From: Eledone cirrhosa
Lineage: Eukaryota
Direction of reading: 5' to 3'
Assembly: GCA_964016885.1 (NCBI GenBank)
Contig: OZ024740.1
Coordinates: 323,268,001-323,332,000 of the forward strand
Length of the DNA: 64,000 bases
Positions 55,953 to 64,000 of this stretch are shown piece by piece. Each line of letters starts with the position of its first letter. Position 1 is the stretch's first letter. The position numbers and the translations under genes were made by a program. Under the pieces are notes generated by a model. That model was not told where the DNA came from. It searched no databases and was given only the letters and a program-made list of their open reading frames with translations.

Positions 55953-57585
55953 CACATAACATATAATAACATATAACATATATATAACATATATATATAA
56001 CATATAATAACATATATATAACATATATATAACATATAACATATAATAACATATATATAACATATATATAACATATAACATATATATAACATATAATAAC
56101 ATATAACATATATATAACATATAATAACATATAACATATATATAACATATAATAACATATAACATATATATAACATATAATAACATATATATAACATATA
56201 TATAACATATAACATATATATAACATATAATAACATATAACATATATATAACATATAATAACATATAACATATATATAACATATATATAACATATAATAA
56301 CATATAACATATATATAACATATATATATAACATATAATAACATATATATAACATATATATAACATAAAACATATATATAACATATAATAACATATAACA
56401 TATATATAACATATAATAACATATATATAACATATAATAACATATAACATATATATAACATATATATAACATATAACATATATATAATATTATATATAAC
56501 ATATAACATATATATAACATATATATATAACATATAATAACATATATATAACATATAATAACATATAACATATATATAACATATAACATATATATAACAT
56601 ATATATAACATATAATAACATATATATAACATATAACATATAAATAACATATAATAACATATCACATATATATAACATATAACATATATATAACATATAA
56701 CATATATATAACATATATATAACATATAATAACATATATATAACATATAACATGTATATAACATATAATAACATATAACATATATATAACATATATATAA
56801 CATATAACATATATATAACATATAATAACATATAACATATATATAACATATATATAACATATAACATATATATAACATATAACATATATATAACATATAA
56901 CATATAACATATAATATATATATAACATAATAACATATAACATATATATAACATATAATAACATATGATATATATAACATATAATAACATATAACATATA
57001 TATAACATATAACATATAACATATAATATATATATAGCATATAATACCATATAACATATATATAACATATAATAACACATAACATATAATAACATATAAC
57101 ATATATATAACATATATATAACATAAATATAACATATAATAACATATAACATATATATAACATATAATAACATATAACATATAATTAACATATAATAACA
57201 CATAACATATATATAACATATAACATATAACATATATATAACATATAACATATATATAACATATATATAACATATAATAACATATAACATATATATATAA
57301 TATATAAGATATAACATATAACACATATATATAACATATAAGATATAACATATATAACATATAATAACACATAACATATATATAACATATAATAACAAAT
57401 AACATATATATAACATATATATATATATAACATATAACATATATATAACATATAACATATAACATATATATAACATATAATAACATATAACATATAATAA
57501 CATATAACATATAATAACATATAACATATAACATATATATAACGTACATATATAACAACTACATAAAGTAATAACATATATATAA
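55953..57585. repeat. ~1.6 kb compound (TAACATA/TAACATATATA/TAATAACATA) satellite
   Basis: Direct reading; almost no G on the plus strand. Confidence 0.9.
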
Positions 57586-57586
57586 C

Positions 57587-58100
57587 TGTTTCTACTTTTG
57601 GCACAAGGCCAGCAATTACCCAGTGCATTACTGGTACTTTATTTTATCGACCCCGTAAGGATGAAAGGCAAAGTCAACCTCGGCGGGATTTGAACTCAGA
57701 TCGTAAAGGGACGTAACTATGCTGGAAAGCATGGCGTCCGACCCTCTACCGATACTGCCAATCCAATAACAACGTATAATAACATATAACAAATATATAA
57801 CGTACATATATAACAATTACATACAGTAATAACACACATATAACAACATACAGTAATAAAATATAACACATATATAACGCATATAACGTACACATATTAT
57901 ATTACGTACACATATAATTGTTTCTACTTTAGGAACAAGGCCAGCAATTAACCAATGCATTACTGGTACTTTATTTTATCGACCCCGTAAGGATGAAAGG
58001 CAAAGTCAACCTCGGCGGGATTTGAACTTAGATCGTAAAGGGACGTAACTATGCTGGAAAGCATGGCGTCCGACCCTCTACTGATACTGCCAATCCACCG
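57587..58100 (-). mobile_element. Two tandem Meta-domain-like SINEs (57587-57765; 57919-58100)
   Basis: Both share the private variant gatcgtaaagggacgtaactatgctggaaagc. Confidence 0.85.
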
Positions 58101-58179
58101 CGTACACATATAATAACAACATACAGTAATAACACAAATATGTAACAACAGACAGTAACAACACACATATATAGCAACA

Positions 58180-58700
58180 CCATACTGTAATAGCAAACAA
58201 ATAACAACACCATATTGTGATAATACAAACATAACACCATATTATAATAATAAACACATAACTATATATTGTAATAACAAACACATAACACCATATTGTA
58301 ATACCAAACACATAACAACACCATATTGTAATAATACACAAATAACACCATATTATAATAACAAAGACACACCAACACCATATTATAATAACAAACACAC
58401 AACAACACCATATTGTAATAATACACAAATAACACCATATTATAATAACAAGCACACAACAACACCATATTGTAATAAGAAACACATAACAACACCATAT
58501 TGTAATAACAAACACATAACATCATAATGTAATATCAAACACATAACAACACTATATTGTAATAATAAACACATAACAACACCATAGTGTAATATCAAAC
58601 ACATAACAACACCATATTGTAATAACAAACACATAACAACACCATATTGTAATAACAAACACATAACAACACCATATTGTAATAACAAACACATACTAAC
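58180..58700. repeat. ~27-30 bp minisatellite
   Basis: acaacaccatattgtaataacaaacacata repeated. Confidence 0.85.
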
Positions 58701-58738
58701 ACAAATAACAACGAAATGATATAAAAAACATACATAAT

Positions 58739-59075
58739 TGTTTCTACTTTTTGGCACAAGGCCAGCAATTACTGGTACTTTATTTTATCCACCCTGTAAG
58801 GATGAAAGTTAACCTCGGCGGGATTTGAACACAGAATGGCAAGGGCTGTAACTCTATGCGTCAAAGCATGGCGTCCGACCATACATAACAACACAAAAAG
58901 AGACTAATAACTATTTCTATTTTAGGCAGAAGGCCAGTAATGTTAGGTAAAGTATTTGACAGCTACTTTATATTATCGACCTCACAAGGATGAAAGGTAA
59001 AGATGACCTCGGTGGGATTTGAACTCAAAACGTAAAGAGCTCCTACAAACACTTGGCATTTTTTCAAACGCTCTA
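58739..59075 (-). mobile_element. Two further Meta-domain-like SINE copies
   Basis: Family motifs at 58739-58880 and 58912-59075. Confidence 0.7.
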
Positions 59076-59310
59076 AGGTAGTAATAACATACACAACACA
59101 CACATGGACACACAGACACACACATGCACACACACACATAGACATGGCAATATACAGAAAGCAATTATGACTATATACATGTAATATATATGTAATGTAT
59201 TTATATATGCATATAAATTCGTATACAGGTACAAATATATATATATGCATATACACGACTGTGTGTATATATATATATATACAATCAGAAACATATATTT
59301 GTGAATGTAC

Positions 59311-59369
<59 letters not shown>

Positions 59370-59419
59370 CACATATATATGTATACATATATATATAAAT
59401 ATATATATAAATATGAATT

Positions 59420-59460
<41 letters not shown>

Positions 59461-60510
59461 GTGTGTATATATATATGTATATATATATATATATGTGTAT
59501 ATATATATGTATATATATATATGTATATATATATGTGTGTGTAGATACATATATATATGTATACATATATATGGCACGGGATTGAGTATGTTTTTCTTCG
59601 CGAGTATGTGTGTGTGTGAGTGTGCGTGTGTGTGTGCATGTGTGTATATATGTACGGGTATGTATGTGTGTGTATGTGTGCATGCTTGTGTGTGTGTATG
59701 TTTGTGTGTGTGTGTATGTCTCTGTGTGTATGTGTGTGTGTGGAAAATTGATAAAAGAAATATGATAAAATAATAAAAATACTAACAAGACAAGCAACAT
59801 ATTTAAATGGTGTTTCCTTGTCGTAATTTCATACTTTATGTTTTAATTTATACATTCTTAAAGAAAAACAAGTCATGCATATTTCTGTTATTTGCTGTTA
59901 TTGATGTTGTTGTTGTTGTTGGTGGTGTTGTTGTTGTTGGTAGTGGATGTGGTTGTGTGGTGGTGTTTTGCCGCCTTTTCCATGCATCTATCTCGCCCCC
60001 TCGACCTCAACTACCTACTGCCCCTCTCCCCCTCCTCACCCTCATCCTCCTCCTCCACCACCTTCTCTCACCCCCAGCCCCTCTCATCACCTTCACCTCC
60101 TCCTCCACCACCTCTTCCACCTCCTTTTCCACCCCCACACCCCTCATCCGACTCCTACTCCACCTCCTCCTCCTCCTCTACAACCACCTTCTCCCCTCCA
60201 TTCTTCTCTCCTCCTCATTCACCCCCCCCCCCGCCTTCAACCCCACCTTCTCCTCTCCATTCTCCTCTACATTCCCCCTTACCCCCATGCCCCCCCCCCC
60301 TACCACCACCGCCACAGCTGCCTCCACCTCCACCACCACCACCACCACCACCACCACCACCACCCATTCTCTCCCCACTCCTCACTCATCACAGCCAGAC
60401 GAGACGTGAATACAACATTTAATCAAGATGTTTTACGTCAATTATGTTCAGTCAATCCTGTAAAACAACAGCTCAATCACTGTTGCATTTGGTTTATATA
60501 TATATATGTG

Positions 60511-60556
<46 letters not shown>

Positions 60557-60576
60557 CATCTACATATATATGTGTT

Positions 60577-60629
<53 letters not shown>

Positions 60630-60860
60630 GTGTATATATATATATATGTATATATATATGTGTATATATATATATATGTGTATATATACATATATATATA
60701 TACACACATATATATGTATATGCGTGTATATGTATATATATATATATACACACACGCATCTACATATATATGTGTGTTTGTGTGTGTATATATATATATG
60801 TATATATATATGTATATATATATGTATATATATATGTATATCTATCTATATATGTATATA

Positions 60861-60904
<44 letters not shown>

Positions 60905-61147
60905 CATATATATATATATACACACATATATATGTATATGCGTGTATATGTATATATATATACATGTGTGTGGTGTGTGTGTGTATATATATATGTTTGG
61001 TGTATTTTTTCGTTATTGTTGCTGAGTTGTTGTTGGTGGCAATGTTGATGGTTGTGTTGGTTTTGGTGGCGGTGGCGTTACTGTTGTTGTTACTCTCATT
61101 ATTATTACGAATATTATTATTATCACTCTCATTATTATTACTATATA

Positions 61148-61482
61148 AGGGCGGTGGATTGGTAGTATCGGTAGAGGGTCGGACGCCATGCTTTGACGTA
61201 TAGAGTTACGGCCCTTGCCATTCTGAGTTCAAATCCCGCCGAGGTTAACTTTGCCTTTCATCCTTACGGGGTCGATAAAATAAAGTACCAGTAATACACT
61301 GGGTAATTGCTGGCCTTGTGCCTAAAGTAGAAACAATTATTATGACTATATGTGGATTGGCAGTATCGGTAGAGGGTCGGACGCCATGCTTTGACGCATA
61401 GAGTTACGGCCCTTGCCATTCTGAGTTCAAATGCCGCCGAAGTTAACTTTCCCTTTCATCCTTACGGGGTCGATAAAATAAA
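61148..61482 (+). mobile_element. Full SINE (61148-61334) followed by a 3'-truncated duplicate (61352-61482)
   Basis: Consensus-like sequence with B box GAGTTCAAATCC. Confidence 0.85.
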
Positions 61483-62290
61483 TGTTAACTTTGTTGCTGT
61501 TGTTATTGTTGGTGGTGGTGGTAGTGTTAATGCTGGTGTTGGTTCGGGTGGTGGTGGTGGTGGTGTTATTGTTAATTTTAATATTTTTCTGGCTGTAGTT
61601 ATTGTTGTTGATGCTGATGATGTTGTTACTGTTGTTGTTGTTAGTGACAGTAGTTTTACTTTTGTTGTTGTTACTATCGTGTTTTGCCATTCTTGTTACT
61701 TTTACAGTTGCTGATGGCATTGTTGTTGTTGGTGGTGGAGCTGTTCCTGTTGTTGTCGTTGTTGTCATTGTTGTTGTTGTTTAGCCCCATGCCATCCCGG
61801 ATTTAACTGACCTATGTTAAACTGATTATGCAATGCACTAGAAGAGTTTATATATTAGGGAAATTTGGCTGTTATTTCGATCTATTCAAGCGACCATTTG
61901 GAGTCTCACTTATTCTATCATCAGAGCATTGTTTATGTTCATTGTTTGAGTTTACTGGGTGTTTATTGCTTGTTGAGAATTGAGCTTTATTGTTTATTGT
62001 TTAACATACATGTTTAATTTTCGTGTTTATTGGGTATGTTTATAAGATATGATTATTGGTTACATTTATTGGTTATTAGCAGCTGCAGTCTGCCTTGACC
62101 GGGTTTATTGACATATAAAATATTACGAATTTACTATAAATTATGTAGGTTGCTTTATAAATGTAATCAAGGAACATTCAATCACTTAGAATTGTTTCGT
62201 TTCATACAAATTTGAAAAAAAAGCGTTAAGAGATAAACAAAGAACTATAGATACTAACCATTCGTGAGTTTTATATCAAATAATAATAAT

Positions 62291-62480
62291 TGTTTCTACT
62301 TTTGGGACAAGGCCAGCAATTATCCCAGTGTATTACTGGTGTTTTATTTTATCGACCCCGTAAGGATGAAAGACAAAGTTAACCTTGGTGGGATCTGAAC
62401 CCAGACCATAAAAGGCCGAAACTCCTTGCTTGCAAAGCATGGTATCTGAGCCTCTACCAATACTGCCAATACACCACCCT
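62291..62480 (-). mobile_element. Meta-domain-like SINE
   Basis: Family match; TSD-like ttcg(t)gagt on the flanks. Confidence 0.8.
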
Positions 62481-62593
62481 TCGAGTATTAATAATGTTGT
62501 TATAATTCTATTGTTATTCCATATAAAACTTTCGAGTGCATTTCTCGCTATGTTAGAGCGAAACTAATTTTGTTTTTAAAATATAACCTTTAT

Positions 62594-62858
62594 CTTGTTT
62601 TTCTTTCATGTGAAAGTATGCCTTGTTTCACAATTTAATCATTTAGGTAATTACTATAAATGGGATGTGTCCTAGTATCCTTAGAGTCTAAGAAGTTAAG
62701 GGTCGACATACTCGCTAGAGGAGGTGGGGTTCTCTGAAAACCTTCTGCTGTCCAGCACTCCTAAGAGCTTCTTACCACTAACCTTTTGTCTTGTGTTTCT
62801 TTTATGTGAAAGCATGCCTTATTTCACAATTTAATTATTTATGTAGTTATTATAAATG
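62594..62858. repeat. ~69 bp diverged direct repeats
   Basis: 62594-62662 vs 62790-62858 (atgtgaaag.atgcctt.tttcacaatttaat). Confidence 0.7.
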
Positions 62859-63340
62859 AAATATTTTCTAATCAGTAGCATATTCTATTATCTATTGCGG
62901 TGCTTCGCTGCATTGACAGAGTAATTAAAACTTCAGACAGGTGCTTTGCAGGATTCGGATCCTGCTCAGATCAACTTTGCTTTCATCCTTCCGAGGCAGA
63001 TAAATAAAGTCAAACAAGGAGGTCGATTCTTCTTCTTTACCTTTTTTGAACTAGTCTTCTCTAGCCCCTTCTCTCTTTTTCTGAGAGAAACCGGCTACGT
63101 TCAGACGGAATGGGTAATGTTTAAGATGCAGAAACCTCGTTTTTCGTCATGAGGGCGTCCCTAGGACTCGATCAAGAGTTACTGGTTCATACACAATTGC
63201 TGTGCTTGTGGGGCATACAATATTCTTATACATGGCTATATATATAGATGTGTGTGTGTGTGTGTATGGGTGGGTGTGTGTGTGTTCATTTTAAGCTAAA
63301 TAGTGAGTCTTGTTTCTCTGGAATTGCGCCATCAGATATG

Positions 63341-63475
<135 letters not shown>

Positions 63476-63744
63476 TTATTTATTAAAATAACAGATTAAA
63501 GTTTAAGCAAAGAATCGCTGCTTTCACCCTTAATGGGATCTAATCTGTTATTTTAATAAATATTTGCACTACGGTTAAAAACAAATAACGAAACGAATTT
63601 AAATTTCGTTTCGTTTGTAACTCACTTTTGTATGACTGACGCTTAAACAATTAAGTTAAAAATGTACATCCACATATGTATACTGAAATACTAGAATGCA
63701 TATGAATACACACACGTGTACATATGTAGATGTACCGAGTTTTT

Positions 63745-64000
63745 CACTGGTTACTTTACTGTGAGTGTCCAGCTATTCTGTATGTAAACACTCAGACACA
63801 CCGGTTTTTAGAGTCATACTGGTTTTTGAGGAAACACCTTTCCTCTATTCTCCAGAAAGCCAGACAAGGAATATTCCTTGTCTGGCTTTCTGAAGAATAG
63901 AGGAAAGGTGTTTCCTCAAAAACCAGTATGACTCTAAAAACCGGTTTGTCTGAGTGTTTACATACAGAATAGCTGGACACTCACAGTAAAGTAACCAGTG
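63745..64000. repeat. Loop-less palindrome of at least 256 bp centred on GAATATTC (~63872), running off the window
   Basis: Arms match except for 2-3 mismatches; CTGAAGA at 63890. Confidence 0.85.

Noticed and set aside
55893-57628. Long MLYVICY ORFs (up to 414 aa)
   Set aside because: They are translations of the TAACATA satellite.
59807-61203. Pro/His-rich extensin-like ORFs
   Set aside because: C-rich low-complexity tract joined to TA repeats.
61148-61240. tRNA gene
   Set aside because: A/B-box-like head of a multicopy SINE with no cloverleaf.

Overview
Eukaryotic, AT-rich, extremely microsatellite-dense non-coding DNA. The SINE and microsatellite content suggests a cephalopod (Octopus-like) genome; this is inference. 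No host protein gene can be called with confidence, and almost all ORFs in the track are (TA)n/(CA)n translation artefacts. Supported features: a near full-length but disabled R4/Dong-type RLE LINE (18179-21782, minus); a decayed mellifera-type mariner (49915-51201); several hAT/Tc1 MITEs; tandem non-autonomous Helitrons; about 20 copies of a tRNA-headed Meta-domain-like SINE; RTE, CR1 and CRE 3' fragments; two copies of a bipartite RTE-derived element; and many minisatellites. The main hidden signal is roughly 25 minimal type I hammerhead-ribozyme-like motifs from about a dozen unrelated short families. Most sit in (TA)n tracts, often as head-to-head inverted duplications with an asymmetric tail, which is the architecture of Penelope-like element pseudo-LTRs. 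Several carry non-canonical catalytic cores (U3:A8, a possible G3:C8, and CAGUUGA). All motifs and alignments were read by eye, so coordinates are approximate.
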